A DNA stretch of 64,000 nucleotides. It comes from Bdellovibrionota bacterium. Lineage in GTDB: Bacteria > Bdellovibrionota_C > UBA2361 > JBIKUX01. A model generated the notes under the pieces. It was given only the letters and a program-made list of their open reading frames with translations. It did not search any database and had not been told where the DNA came from. Below are positions 39,791-50,943 of the stretch, in pieces; the stretch's first letter is position 1, and every line of letters begins with the position of its first letter. The stretch covers positions 1-64,000 of the forward strand of contig JBIKUX010000010.1 of NCBI GenBank assembly GCA_044347345.1, in the 5' to 3' direction. Made by a program: the position numbers and the translations under genes.

Positions 39791-40990
39791 TTGATGAGGT
39801 CTATGCACGCTGATATTGAAACTTTGTTTCTAGATGATCCTATCGATGCAAAATCGACGTTATCTGAAAAACACTCAACTAGTATGAATTTAACTTTACC
39901 CCCAGGATCTCTGTATGAGGGTATCGTAACTAGCAGCACTGCTATGCGAAAAGTGCTCAGTATTGTTGAGAAAGTAGCATTTAGTAATAGTACTGTTCTA
40001 ATTCTGGGAGAAAGCGGAACAGGGAAGGAGCTCATTGCGTCAGCTATACATAGACGAAGTGGTCGAAAGGGAAAGTTAGTTCCGGTAAATTGTGGTGCTA
40101 TTCCCGAAGAGATACTAGAAAGTGAACTATTTGGGCACGAGAGAGGTGCCTTTACTGGAGCAGTTACATCAAGAATTGGTCGGTTTCAACTTGCAGAGGG
40201 AGGCACCATTTTTCTGGATGAAATAGGAGAAATGAGTCCTAAGCTACAAGTCAAACTTTTGCGAGTATTACAGGAGAGAAGAATTGATCCTGTTGGATCA
40301 GTAAAGTCGATTGATGTTGACGTTAGAGTAGTAGCGGCTACAAATAAAGATCTCTTGCAAGAGGTTAAAGCGGGAAGATTTCGAGAGGATCTTTATTATA
40401 GATTACAAGTAGTACCAGTTGAACTACCTGCTCTGCGGTTTAGAGATGATGATGTCGTAGTCCTGGCTCGTTGGTTTGTTTCGAAGCACTGTAAAAAATT
40501 AGGAAGAAGTCCTTACTTGTTAAGTTCCGCACTTATTGAGGCTCTACGTAGATATCAATGGCCTGGTAACGTAAGAGAACTTGAAAATTTATTGGAAAGA
40601 CTTGTTGTTCTTGCTGATACTGATTTTCTTGATATTAAAGACCTGCCTACGTTTATTTTAGAACAAATTGATATTGAGGATCTAAAAATTGAAAAAGTTA
40701 AGCAAGAACCTGATCTAATAACAGACCGTCAAATAACCCTTGAAGATTATTGTGGTGTATCTAATTTATCCTCTCAGATTATCGACCTCCAAAATCTACC
40801 CTCCAATGGAGTTGACTTTAATGAGATGGTAACCAAATTCGAGAACACGCTCATTAAAATGGCTCTTGAAAGAACAGGGTGGAATAAAAAAGCCGCTGCT
40901 GAGCTACTTCGATTAAATCGGACAACTCTTGTGGAAAAAATTCGAAAGAAGGGTATTGCTCTCGCAGAGGATATAGACGAATCAGCTTAA
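39791..40990 (+). CDS. Sigma54-dependent enhancer-binding protein without receiver (FleQ/FlrA-like)
   Basis: [29 protein letters not shown], Fis [12 protein letters not shown]. Confidence 0.9.
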   Translation: MMRSMHADIETLFLDDPIDAKSTLSEKHSTSMNLTLPPGSLYEGIVTSSTAMRKVLSIVEKVAFSNSTVLILGESGTGKELIASAIHRRSGRKGKLVPVNCGAIPEEILESELFGHERGAFTGAVTSRIGRFQLAEGGTIFLDEIGEMSPKLQVKLLRVLQERRIDPVGSVKSIDVDVRVVAATNKDLLQEVKAGRFREDLYYRLQVVPVELPALRFRDDDVVVLARWFVSKHCKKLGRSPYLLSSALIEALRRYQWPGNVRELENLLERLVVLADTDFLDIKDLPTFILEQIDIEDLKIEKVKQEPDLITDRQITLEDYCGVSNLSSQIIDLQNLPSNGVDFNEMVTKFENTLIKMALERTGWNKKAAAELLRLNRTTLVEKIRKKGIALAEDIDESA

Positions 40991-41020
40991 GAAGCTTTAA
41001 TAGTTTTTGTACCATTAGAC

Positions 41021-41965
41021 ATGATGAGCAAAATTTTTATTATAATTTTATATATTTTTTTTAGGCTAGTATTCTGGCCGTGTATTGCTACGGCTGACCA
41101 TCCCCACACCGTTATCACTCACGAATCAGAGAAACGTTATTTTGATGCTTTATCTGCCTTTTTATCGCTTCCTGAAAGACAGCGTACTACTGAGACATAT
41201 TTGTCAGCAGCGCGAAGTGCTTGGGCTCTTTCATTGCCAGAGCGAGCGATTAATTTGTTCGAGATGGCTCTTAAAAAATTAACAACAGATGATGTAGCTA
41301 CTAAAGCACGTTTACTTTTATCTATCGGAACTATTCAACTTCAGGAGCAAAAACTGATTTTATCAGAGTCTGCAGCTAAAGATGCTCTGAGTATTTGTGA
41401 GCAGTTTCCCTCGCTGAGAGGAGAAGCCAGATTTTTACTGGGTTCAGTAGCCATGGCAGCTAGTCGTTATGGCGATGCTGTTGCGATTTTGGAACAGGCT
41501 ATTACAGATCTTGAGGGCGAGAGGCGAGATGAAGCAAGACTATATCTTGGAAGAGCATATCTAATGCTTGGAGATGTATTGCATTATACAGCACATTTAG
41601 AAGAAATTCCGCTTAATTCTATTTGGGCACCTGATGCAATTCGTTTATTAGCGTTATCTTCTTTAAGGCTAGGAGATAGAAAAAAAGCTGGTTTTTGGGC
41701 TCAGAAAGGCAAGGCTGAGTTCCCCGATAGATTTGTAGATAGTTGGATGGAATATCTAGCTTTTCATGATCGCTACAGTGGTAACGAATTGGCAGGAATA
41801 GATGAGTATTTTACGCAGATATCATCGCGATATCCTGCCTCGGATTTATGGGTAGGTGTCATAAGTTCGGAAATTGAAAAAAAGTTAGCATCAAATTGGG
41901 TTAATTCAAATGCTAATCGTAAGAATGATGGTTCTTTTGTGTCCACTTCCATAGGAGTGCAATAA
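41021..41965 (+). CDS. Exported TPR protein
   Basis: Signal-like N-terminus followed by TPR-like helices. Confidence 0.75.
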   Translation: MMSKIFIIILYIFFRLVFWPCIATADHPHTVITHESEKRYFDALSAFLSLPERQRTTETYLSAARSAWALSLPERAINLFEMALKKLTTDDVATKARLLLSIGTIQLQEQKLILSESAAKDALSICEQFPSLRGEARFLLGSVAMAASRYGDAVAILEQAITDLEGERRDEARLYLGRAYLMLGDVLHYTAHLEEIPLNSIWAPDAIRLLALSSLRLGDRKKAGFWAQKGKAEFPDRFVDSWMEYLAFHDRYSGNELAGIDEYFTQISSRYPASDLWVGVISSEIEKKLASNWVNSNANRKNDGSFVSTSIGVQ

Positions 41966-41970
41966 CTGTA

Positions 41971-42729
41971 ATGGCGTACACTCAAACTTCATTACAAGAA
42001 TCTCCGTGTTTAGCGGCGATGGTAGCACATGAAGTAAAAAATCCTCTTGGTTCATTAAAGATTTTTCTTTCTATATTAAAAAAGGATTTAGAGCAGTACG
42101 CAGATGCTCTGTCAGAGGATATTTTTGAGCATCTAATTCACATGGAGTTAAGTGTAACGGCTATTGATAAAGTAGTCACCTCGATGCTTACCAGTACTGC
42201 AGGGGTAGCTTCTCGGTGGGGGCCAGTAAATCTTCATGCTCTTTTAAATGAGTTATTTATTCTTGTTAGTCCAAGAATCACTGAACAAGAAGGTAAGATA
42301 CCGTCATCGATTAGAGTTAGCGGAAGTCCATTTTTATTCGGAGATGAACGAGCTCTTAGGCAAGCATTCATGAATCTAATGGTGAACGCTATAGAAGCTG
42401 GCGATGATAATCGTATTTTAATTATTGAGGTTTGCGATGATAAGCAGGGGCTTCTCATTAGTATTTATGATGGCGGTCCTGGAGTTGAGCCTACGATTCG
42501 GGAGAGAGTTTTTGATCCGTTTTTTTCAACAAAATCATCAGGTAGTGGCTTAGGTTTAGCTCTGGTCAAAGAGACTATAACGGCTCATGGCGGAACTATA
42601 AAATTTGGTGCTCCACCAGACGGAAGTTATTCAATCAAAGATGATGTACCTAATGCTTTGTTCTGCTGCTCTGTTTGGCTTCCGCGAAATTCCCGAGCAA
42701 TAGGATCGCAAGAAGTGTGGAAAGGTTAG
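41971..42729 (+). CDS. Sensor-less histidine kinase (FleS/FlrB-like)
   Basis: AHEVKNPL, NL..NA, D.GPG, F.PFFSTK..GSGLGL. Confidence 0.9.
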   Translation: MAYTQTSLQESPCLAAMVAHEVKNPLGSLKIFLSILKKDLEQYADALSEDIFEHLIHMELSVTAIDKVVTSMLTSTAGVASRWGPVNLHALLNELFILVSPRITEQEGKIPSSIRVSGSPFLFGDERALRQAFMNLMVNAIEAGDDNRILIIEVCDDKQGLLISIYDGGPGVEPTIRERVFDPFFSTKSSGSGLGLALVKETITAHGGTIKFGAPPDGSYSIKDDVPNALFCCSVWLPRNSRAIGSQEVWKG

Positions 42730-42762
42730 CTAGTTAATAATTAAAATGGCTTAGAGGTTACT

Positions 42763-44238
42763 ATGATGAAGGTTTTGGTGGTTGATGATGATGATCAAAT
42801 GCGCCGAGCTATGGAGGTTTGTCTAGCCCGAGAAGAGTATGACGTAGTATCAGCTATAAATGGTAAAAGTGCGCTTTCTTTGATTGATAATGACCATTTT
42901 CAGGCAATTGTCACTGATGAAAGAATGCCAGAAATGGGGGGATTGGCTCTTTTGCGAGCCCTTAAAGAAAGAGGAGAGCATCCTCCGGTAATTATGATTA
43001 CTGCGTATGGTACTATTAATCAAGCCGTTGAGGCGATGCAAAATGGAGCAACTGATTTTTTGATGAAGCCATTTGCTCCTGAAGAGTTAGTACGAGTAGT
43101 GAAACGAGCCATTGATAGCGGGCCGGTAGATCTTTCAATCAAAGAGAATAAAAATAGGGTCAGTCGTCCAATAATTACTAATGACCCTATGATGATTCGA
43201 ATTCTTGAGATATGTGAAGCAGTAGCTCGAAGTGATGCTACTGTTTTAATTCAAGGGGAATCTGGGACAGGTAAGGAACTAGTTGCCAGATTAATTCATT
43301 CTGCCAGTAATAGAAGTACCCAACCTTTTATCGCTGTTAATTGTGCTGCACTTCCTGAATCGCTTTTAGAGAGTGAGCTATTTGGACATGAAAAAGGAGC
43401 TTTTACCGGAGCTCAATCCCGTAAAATTGGTAAATTTGAGCTCGCTCATGGGGGTACGATTCTTCTCGATGAAATTTCAGAGATGGATATTGTGCTTCAA
43501 GCAAAACTTTTGCGAGTACTTCAGGAGCGTGAGATTGATCGCGTTGGAGGAAGGGATCCAGTATCAATCGATGTTAGAGTACTTGCGACGACCAATCGTA
43601 ATCTTGAAGGCATGGTGAATGATGGTCGATTCCGACCAGACTTGTTTTATAGATTAAATGTTATCCCAATTACTATACCTGCTTTGCGAAGTCGCGAAGG
43701 TGATATTCGGCTCCTTGTACAGCATTTTATTCGCAAATATTTAGGTTCTCATGTTTCCCCGATTACCCAAAATGTTCTGAATGCACTTGAAGCATATCCG
43801 TGGCCAGGAAATGTGCGTGAGCTGCAAAACGCTGTTGAGCGAGCTGCAATTCTTGCTCGTGGTGGAGCTATAACGCCGGAGCATTTTCTTCTTCAATCTC
43901 AGTTTATACAATCTGAAAGAGAAAGTAATCAACAGAAAAGTCAATCGGTTTTTTCTGCAAGTCCTCTTCGCTCAATTATTGAGAGGGAACATATTAATTC
44001 TGATGCTCATTTTGATTTTAATATAGGAGGTCAATCTCAGGTGTTACGAACTGGAGCATCAAATTCATCCGTTATTGAGATTAAGCCAGGAATGACTGTA
44101 CATGATATGGAGCAACAGCTGATTCTTGCTACTCTTCGAGCTACAGGAAACAATCGCACTCAAGCGGCTAAGCTGCTCGGTATAAGTATTCGAACATTAC
44201 GAAATAAATTACATGAATATAGGAGCGATGCAGACTAG
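42763..44238 (+). CDS. Sigma54-dependent response regulator (FleR/FlrC-like)
   Basis: [41 protein letters not shown]. Confidence 0.92.
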   Translation: MMKVLVVDDDDQMRRAMEVCLAREEYDVVSAINGKSALSLIDNDHFQAIVTDERMPEMGGLALLRALKERGEHPPVIMITAYGTINQAVEAMQNGATDFLMKPFAPEELVRVVKRAIDSGPVDLSIKENKNRVSRPIITNDPMMIRILEICEAVARSDATVLIQGESGTGKELVARLIHSASNRSTQPFIAVNCAALPESLLESELFGHEKGAFTGAQSRKIGKFELAHGGTILLDEISEMDIVLQAKLLRVLQEREIDRVGGRDPVSIDVRVLATTNRNLEGMVNDGRFRPDLFYRLNVIPITIPALRSREGDIRLLVQHFIRKYLGSHVSPITQNVLNALEAYPWPGNVRELQNAVERAAILARGGAITPEHFLLQSQFIQSERESNQQKSQSVFSASPLRSIIEREHINSDAHFDFNIGGQSQVLRTGASNSSVIEIKPGMTVHDMEQQLILATLRATGNNRTQAAKLLGISIRTLRNKLHEYRSDAD

Positions 44239-45230
44239 CTGTGAATTTCAAAACTTATTCCGGCTGGGAGTATTTCAAAACGATGACCTTCGTTAGCAGA
44301 AACGAAATTTGTTGACGAAGTCATGGTCATATTTGAAGAGGTGTTAATTGGAATTGATATAATATCAGCCGTGATTAAGTCATTTGAGCGAATAAAAGTA
44401 TCTTTTCTCGGAATAATCGTTATTAAGCCACTGAATTTTTCAGTTCGGATAAATTTCACAGTAAAGAGTTTCTTACCTGCGGAGGGTAGATCAATATAGA
44501 GCAGGTCTTCATCAGTCGAGCCGACACTATATGTAATGTCAGGAATTAGAGGGTAGGAATGGCTATTACCCGTTAGAGAGATAAAAAGATGGGGTAAATT
44601 TGAAGAATCTAGATACTCATTCGGGAGATTTGTTTTATCGTAATCAAAGACAAGAGCAGCGGCCGCGCTAACAATAGTGTCAGGAATAAAAATTGGGAAA
44701 AGACATATCTCCATAATAGTAAGGCTGGAATAATTTGGTAGCGTTATTTGTTCGCCAACAAGAATTGTTTTTTTTAAGTCGGTGTTTTTTTTGTCATTTA
44801 TAATCTTATTTTCTGATGATTCGATGATAATTCCATCCAATTCAGCAGTAAAAAACACCTTATTGTAATCATCGGTGCTATATCTAACACTAATTTCAGT
44901 TTGTTGCGTAAAAGGAGAGTTAGAGTCAGATAGCGTAAAGGAGCTATCTTCTGCACATAAGGTATAATCTCGAAGTGGCGAGGGCATTACACTCGAAGGA
45001 GTTATAGCTAAAGGAGTTGCAGGCGATGCGGTACTTTCAGTTTCTTGTTTAAGTACATTTGTTTTATTCTTAGGATTCGCATTGACTGCCGTAAATACTC
45101 CCAACCATTTATCGGCTAATGTTACTGTTAAGAAACCAGATTGGGTAATACCAACACGACAAGTGTTGCCTCCAAATCTAAAGAATGAAGGAGGTGTATT
45201 GTTTCGTTCGACTTTGAATATAAAGGCCAT
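44235..45230 (-). CDS. Hypothetical protein (possible degenerate FHA-like beta domains)
   Basis: 331-aa ORF; YSVGS..ED...I.LP weakly resembles FHA. Confidence 0.55.
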   Translation of the reverse strand: MAFIFKVERNNTPPSFFRFGGNTCRVGITQSGFLTVTLADKWLGVFTAVNANPKNKTNVLKQETESTASPATPLAITPSSVMPSPLRDYTLCAEDSSFTLSDSNSPFTQQTEISVRYSTDDYNKVFFTAELDGIIIESSENKIINDKKNTDLKKTILVGEQITLPNYSSLTIMEICLFPIFIPDTIVSAAAALVFDYDKTNLPNEYLDSSNLPHLFISLTGNSHSYPLIPDITYSVGSTDEDLLYIDLPSAGKKLFTVKFIRTEKFSGLITIIPRKDTFIRSNDLITADIISIPINTSSNMTMTSSTNFVSANEGHRFEILPAGISFEIHS

Positions 45231-45250
45231 ACTTTAGTTTACCTTAGTTA

Positions 45251-46264
45251 CTAAAGACGAGCTAATATTTTTTTTGAAGATTGAAGAATAGGAATGTCAG
45301 TTCTTACGGAGGAATAAACTTGCTTTTTTATGAGTTGAAACGCGATTGATCCACCAAGTCCAGTAACTAAAAATTGGATACAATGTTGAGTTAGAACCAT
45401 TGCTAATGCGAGTTCTCGTTCAATACCAGAGGCTACGAGGGCTTCAGTAGCCACCGCCTCAATTACTCCAATTGCGCCTGGAGCAGATGGAATTAGTGAG
45501 CTAAAGTTTGATGAAACCATAAATAAAACCGCTGTATGAAGGGATATTAAGCCTCCGTATGCTGAACCGACGGAGTAAAATACCAACAGTTCTAGCGTCC
45601 AAATAAATATTGACCACAAGAAGATAGTAAGAAGAGCAGATGGCTCCCTTAAAGGTTCAAAACCTTCTAGAAAAAGACGAATGCGGGATAATAAAAAATT
45701 AAAAGCAGGATAATCAAACTTGTTCTTTAAGATGTCGAGACAATAAAATATCTGTTTTTTCGATAAAATTAAAGTAACAACAATCACCGAAACAAGAGCA
45801 AAAGCGTAAGTTACCCAACGAAAATCAACTGAATCTTTCCCGCTTTCAATACTTAAACCAAAGATTAGAAAAAATCCACTTAAACATAGTCCGTCCGCAA
45901 TTCGTTCGCTTGCTATAGTTGCCAGTACAAATGTTTTTGAACAACCGGCAATCTTTGCGCCAAGATGAGCTCTTACAAACTCGCCAGCTCGAGCCGGAAG
46001 AAGATTGTTCATTAAAAAACCAAATATCAAAACAGTAAGTGAGTTTTTATAGTTAAGATTAGCTGTCGGAAGGAAAACTTGCCACCTCCGAGCTCGAAAC
46101 ATATATGAACAAATAGTAATGAGCACAGCTCCTGTCAGGAGTCCAGCATGTCCTTGCTTCAGAAAAGACAAAAGAGAAGTGACATCAATATCACGAGAGA
46201 CAAAAAAAATCGCCGCAAGTGTTATAATCCACGGAATTATATGGCGTGTGACAATACGTCGCAT
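45251..46264 (-). CDS. Lysylphosphatidylglycerol synthase TM-domain (YbhN/flippase-like) protein
   Basis: RA.RW, NNLLPARAGE..R, ER..D, PS.PG.IG..E. Confidence 0.9.
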   Translation of the reverse strand: MRRIVTRHIIPWIITLAAIFFVSRDIDVTSLLSFLKQGHAGLLTGAVLITICSYMFRARRWQVFLPTANLNYKNSLTVLIFGFLMNNLLPARAGEFVRAHLGAKIAGCSKTFVLATIASERIADGLCLSGFFLIFGLSIESGKDSVDFRWVTYAFALVSVIVVTLILSKKQIFYCLDILKNKFDYPAFNFLLSRIRLFLEGFEPLREPSALLTIFLWSIFIWTLELLVFYSVGSAYGGLISLHTAVLFMVSSNFSSLIPSAPGAIGVIEAVATEALVASGIERELALAMVLTQHCIQFLVTGLGGSIAFQLIKKQVYSSVRTDIPILQSSKKILARL

Positions 46265-46443
46265 CTGCTTTTTTTACCTGAAGATATCTCGAAGGATGCA
46301 CAATTGTATTAGCTCTCTGTGGAGTAGTATTTAAGCATCCTTGAACAGCAAGTTAATTTCAAAACTGTACTTCGGAACTGGGCTTGGGAACAAGATAAGT
46401 TGAGATTTAAATGCATAAAAGTGGTAGCCGTAAATATAAAAGA

Positions 46444-48240
46444 CTAAATCGAACAAGGAGCTGACTGGTTTAAATTTATGCGATTAATGTCTAGCAGGTC
46501 TGCTATTTTATTCCTGAAGGCGCTTGCCTGAGAGCGGTCGCAAAAGGGAGCTAAAGTTAAGTCAATAGCCCGAATTTTTTTAGTTAATGCAAGGCGCCAT
46601 TCAATATCATCTATGAGTTTAAGAGCTTTCTCCTCATATTCGTTCTCACTTCTTGCTACTAATTCGGATAGACCAATAGCTTGAAGCATGGCTGATCCGA
46701 TTCTGTTATACCATTTTGAGCCTTGGCGAGTTACGATTGGTCGCCCACATACTAGCGAATCAAAAACAGAATTACATCCACCAAAATGGAAAGAGTCTAA
46801 ACAAAAATCACTGTCAGCAATAACTTGAAGGTAGGCAATGTAGTCACCGTCGGTGTATATCTCAACTTTAGCAGGGGCAAGGCGCTTGTGCAATATCTCC
46901 ATAAATGGGAGTAACCCATAATCACGTAAAATAAGAGGCCCAGTAAGAAAACGAAAAATAATTGGTTTTTGGAACTTATGTATTAATCTTTCTAAAACAG
47001 AAATCAATAAATAGTTGGTTTTGTGAGCTGACCAAGGACAGGCTATGACAATTTGCTCGCGATCGCTTGATAAGCATGAATCTATTTTCTGTGGAGCTGG
47101 CTCATGGATAACTCCAAATCCAGATACTGACAGAATTGATTCAGAGTAGTTGTTTGCCAATTCTTCATGATCTTCAACATCATCACTAACTATAAAATAG
47201 TCAATTTCAGCGCCCCATGTGCTGACTGAATGTCCGTAAGTTGTAACTTGAATTGGAGCCAATCGGAGGTTGGCTAAGAATATGCTTGAAGGATGCATAC
47301 CTATTTCAGTAAAATAGATCAGACGATGTTTTTTTGATTTTATAGTGTTGATGGCTTCATTAAGCTTCGAGTTGTACATTGGAACGATATTCGAGCATAA
47401 CTTTGAGTCTTGTCCAGGATGAAGAGCGTAAAGAGTAACATCAGCTATGGTCTGCAATGCTTCTATGAAAGCTTTTTGATTTCTGTAAACAGCGTGTCCT
47501 TGTAGGAGGCATGATGCAATAATACCGATACTTTTAGAGTTGCTTTCTTCATTAAATGTATCTCGTTCAAATATTTTACAAGCGTTATTGATTAATTGTT
47601 TGATAAATCGGTCGTTGTCTGGGTCGATATAGGTACTTCCATAATAAACTTCAGCGATATTTGATACCGGTATAAACCTAGGATCTTGAAAACAAAGTAA
47701 GGATTTTAATCTTTGAAAAGTATCTTTATCAGAAAGACCACTTTGATATAGAGATAAGTAATTACAGTACCACAATGATGCAAGGTGCGGACTTGCATCA
47801 AAAATAGAACTAGGGTCAAGTTGAACAGTATTTCTAGCTGAGAGAAGCATACAGAGTTTGCTGGCTTGTTTGAATTGCCTTTGAAGTAGTAATTTAATCG
47901 CCGTATCAGTCGATCTAAATTCTGATATCGTAATTAAGTTACTTAAAAGAGAATTAAAATAAACAAAGTTTGCTTGTAGGATCGGCGGAATTACGAAATC
48001 TTCTTTACAGAAGAAGAAAAGAAAATCCTCAATAAATTGAGTTATAGCAGTCACAAATAATGCTGGTGGTTCCTTGGTAGCGCCTGTTTTATTAATCACA
48101 GTGGATACCGAGTTACCGATCGCCTGTAGTCGCTCTAGCATACTAATAGCAAGGGCATGATTATTTTTTTGAAGATATAAAGACATCCAAGAGCGACTGT
48201 TACCTGTTAGAAGCGAATAAATGTTCATAGTAAGTGTCAT
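46444..48240 (-). CDS. GT41-family glycosyltransferase (HMW1C/NGT-like, no TPRs); start may be 48228 or 48186
   Basis: HAVYR, EIGM.....LANLRLAPIQ....GH..ST....IDY, LDSFHFGGCN...D.L..G.P.V. Confidence 0.85.
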   Translation of the reverse strand: MTLTMNIYSLLTGNSRSWMSLYLQKNNHALAISMLERLQAIGNSVSTVINKTGATKEPPALFVTAITQFIEDFLFFFCKEDFVIPPILQANFVYFNSLLSNLITISEFRSTDTAIKLLLQRQFKQASKLCMLLSARNTVQLDPSSIFDASPHLASLWYCNYLSLYQSGLSDKDTFQRLKSLLCFQDPRFIPVSNIAEVYYGSTYIDPDNDRFIKQLINNACKIFERDTFNEESNSKSIGIIASCLLQGHAVYRNQKAFIEALQTIADVTLYALHPGQDSKLCSNIVPMYNSKLNEAINTIKSKKHRLIYFTEIGMHPSSIFLANLRLAPIQVTTYGHSVSTWGAEIDYFIVSDDVEDHEELANNYSESILSVSGFGVIHEPAPQKIDSCLSSDREQIVIACPWSAHKTNYLLISVLERLIHKFQKPIIFRFLTGPLILRDYGLLPFMEILHKRLAPAKVEIYTDGDYIAYLQVIADSDFCLDSFHFGGCNSVFDSLVCGRPIVTRQGSKWYNRIGSAMLQAIGLSELVARSENEYEEKALKLIDDIEWRLALTKKIRAIDLTLAPFCDRSQASAFRNKIADLLDINRINLNQSAPCSI

Positions 48241-48254
48241 GTTTAGGAAAATGA

Positions 48255-49184
48255 ATGAAATATGATCTTAATCAACTTAAAGACCTTTTAAATCAACATT
48301 TCGTTTATCCTGATTACTTTAGTGGCAGAGGTATAGTTATTGTTGGTGGAGGCGCTACCTTACCATCAGCTTACATCGCTGTTCGTAGCTTACGATACCA
48401 CAATTGCGTACTTCCTATTCAGATGTGGCATCTGGGACCATCGGAGTTAACATCTGCGTGGCGAAGAAATTTTGAGATGTTTGGGGTTGAATTTGTTGAT
48501 ACCTATGAGATTGCAAAGGTGTTACCCGGGAACCCTAAGGGACCTTGGCCGGCAAAACCTTTTGCATTGATGTATTCGCCTTATGCAGAAGTACTTCTGA
48601 TTGATGCAGATAATATGGCTCTTTGCAATCCAACGTTTCTGTTCGACAATGAGTCTTATAGGGCAATGGGGGCAATTTTTTGGCCTGATTTTGTTCCTCA
48701 GAATGGAGATTTTTGGGCGATAAAAGAATCAACATGGACACTACTTGGCTTACAAGCGAGATTCGCGGCAGAACTTGAGACGGGACAAGTTTTAGTGAAT
48801 AAAGCACTTACTTGGAAAGAACTAAATATCACCATGCACATGAACCAGCATTGTGAGTATTACTACAATGGTATTTCTCACGGTGATACAGCTACTTTTT
48901 TGTTTGCTTGGATATTGTGTGGTTCTAAAATATTTGTAGTGCCACATAGACCAAAAATGACAATTCCGTCGGTGAATATTGATTATTTCTTTACCGTTAA
49001 CAACCGAGAGCACCACAAAATAGTCAATCAGGATTGGAAGGTACGAATTCAATTTGCTCCAGATGGACAGCCACTTTTTCAACATTCTAGAAAATGGTTT
49101 ATGCCGGCAATTAAAAATCCACGAATTTCAGAATTTATGGATGAAGAACTTTGTTTTTCATGGCTATCAGAGCTTCGCTGGTAA
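48255..49184 (+). CDS. GT71 / Mnn-like alpha-mannosyltransferase-family protein
   Basis: GRGIVIVGG, LPI...H, K..A..YS.Y.EVL.IDADN, GAIFWPD, ETGQ.LVNK, GD..TF. Confidence 0.85.
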   Translation: MKYDLNQLKDLLNQHFVYPDYFSGRGIVIVGGGATLPSAYIAVRSLRYHNCVLPIQMWHLGPSELTSAWRRNFEMFGVEFVDTYEIAKVLPGNPKGPWPAKPFALMYSPYAEVLLIDADNMALCNPTFLFDNESYRAMGAIFWPDFVPQNGDFWAIKESTWTLLGLQARFAAELETGQVLVNKALTWKELNITMHMNQHCEYYYNGISHGDTATFLFAWILCGSKIFVVPHRPKMTIPSVNIDYFFTVNNREHHKIVNQDWKVRIQFAPDGQPLFQHSRKWFMPAIKNPRISEFMDEELCFSWLSELRW

Positions 49185-49199
49185 AGACAGCAACTCAGA

Positions 49200-49913
49200 T
49201 TAGTTAAAAAAACCGGTCAAAAACGAAAACATATCGTTCTCACTGTCTTCTGATCCCTCCCATAAATACGTAGCAGCACAGCGAGCTAGAGGTTTAAAGA
49301 GTCTATTTGGATAATATGAAGAGGGTTCATACCCATCATCTAAAAATGATGGTGGCCGCATGTAAGGATGAAAATGAGGTATCCATCGCTTAACTTCAAT
49401 ATAACTTACTGATTTATGGCTTGCTACATTTATAACCTTAATAAGAAGGCTGGCTTTATTAAGGCTTGCAAGTGGTTGAAGGTTTCCTACAATTATATAA
49501 TTGTAGCCCGCAGAGTATGCTTGCGAAATACCACCGAAATTACCGGTATAAAATTCCTGTCTCTTTCCTGGCCAATCTTCTCGATTAAGTATTTCAAAGA
49601 TAGCCTGTCCCTGTTTTTGTAATAGTGTCTGGTGAATTTCCCAGGCCATCTCATGACCAAGTCCTGTAGTTGAACTAGTAGTAGAAGTAAGATTAGCCGG
49701 AACGGTAAAAGGAATGATTCCTACTCGAGGAGGGGTATTAGTGTCGTTTTGATCAGATAGAACATCCCAAAGTGGTTCGTAAATATAAGCACGGATTTTG
49801 CAAGAATCTTTGATATCGTAATCCGTGGTAAATATTGCTGGTATCAACGAACATCCAATAGAAATTGTAGCAAGTGTCAAAAAAAAGACAGTTAGGAGTA
49901 TTCGTTGAGTCAT
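49200..49913 (-). CDS. Putative lipoprotein (ORF open from 49982)
   Basis: Hydrophobic stretch ending in lipobox-like SIGC; VGIIPF..P and IIVG.L pattern of TolB-N/CsgG-like folds. Confidence 0.65.
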   Translation of the reverse strand: MTQRILLTVFFLTLATISIGCSLIPAIFTTDYDIKDSCKIRAYIYEPLWDVLSDQNDTNTPPRVGIIPFTVPANLTSTTSSTTGLGHEMAWEIHQTLLQKQGQAIFEILNREDWPGKRQEFYTGNFGGISQAYSAGYNYIIVGNLQPLASLNKASLLIKVINVASHKSVSYIEVKRWIPHFHPYMRPPSFLDDGYEPSSYYPNRLFKPLARCAATYLWEGSEDSENDMFSFLTGFFN

Positions 49914-49943
49914 TTCGATGGAAAATTTTAGTAGTGTCGACCT

Positions 49944-50822
49944 ATGAAGGAAAAAAAGGCGATTAGGATGAAAGTATCTCACTCAATCAGCTCAATATTT
50001 ATCTATAATTTATTTCAAATGATAAGTCCTTCAATCTCAACTATTCAAATAATGTGCCAACTTAGAACTTATAAAAAAAAGTTATTTGGCTGGAATGGTA
50101 TTACCAAATATATTTTGGTTTTGTTAATTGTTTTCGTTATAGGATGTAGCAAGCGGTATAACGATCTCCCAGTTTACTCGCCAATTCCGCTTGTTGAGTA
50201 TACCAACGAGTCGGTAGGGCGCTTTAAGTCTTCATTTCTTGCGGAGCAAATAGATGAGTATTACGAAGGTGTTGATCCAGGGCCTATAGGGGTGACAACA
50301 CTCGTAAATCTTGATGACCTATATAGAAGCTCTACCTTTGGTCGTCTTTACGCAGAGCAATTAATGAGTGAATTGACGATGCGTGGGTTTGAAGTTGTTG
50401 AGCTTCGGCATAGTGATGCAATTCAATTTCTCGAGCGTGATGGAGAGTTTGCTCTTTCACGCAACTCTTTTTCTGTTCGACCTATGCGAGAGCTGGGCGG
50501 TCTTGTCGTTGGTACTTATGCATCTTCACAGGATCGAGTTTATGTAAATGTACGTCTTATAGAGCCCAGTACTTCAAGAATAGTATCAGCAGGTTCAGTT
50601 GAGATGTCAAAAACGACTGAGCTTGCTAGGTTGTTGAAGAGAGGAGGAGGTGGTGGTAGTAGTGGAACTGGAACATTAGAGCGAATTCCAATAAGAAGGC
50701 TCGGGTATACAATGTATCCTCATTTCTCAGATGATTCGGTAGACCCTCTTGAGCGAGGAGATGATAAGGGTCTACCGCCAACAAATTTGCCCGCTCAAAT
50801 ACCCAGAATAATAAAGCGATAA
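49944..50822 (+). CDS. FlgO-domain outer-membrane lipoprotein (start likely near 50052)
   Basis: Lipobox VIGC; V.TLVNLDDL..SS.FGR...EQL..EL...G..V.E, GEF.LSR, VVGTY, V.VN.RLI. Confidence 0.8.
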   Translation: MKEKKAIRMKVSHSISSIFIYNLFQMISPSISTIQIMCQLRTYKKKLFGWNGITKYILVLLIVFVIGCSKRYNDLPVYSPIPLVEYTNESVGRFKSSFLAEQIDEYYEGVDPGPIGVTTLVNLDDLYRSSTFGRLYAEQLMSELTMRGFEVVELRHSDAIQFLERDGEFALSRNSFSVRPMRELGGLVVGTYASSQDRVYVNVRLIEPSTSRIVSAGSVEMSKTTELARLLKRGGGGGSSGTGTLERIPIRRLGYTMYPHFSDDSVDPLERGDDKGLPPTNLPAQIPRIIKR

Positions 50823-50943
50823 ACCGAAGCTTTGTGGGATTACGGTAGTTATTGCTCGAAAAGCACTTTTTATACATTTAGCTAGTGAATAAAATGCATC
50901 AGTGCTATGAATAATCTGGAGGTAATGAGAGCAAACGGGTTAC

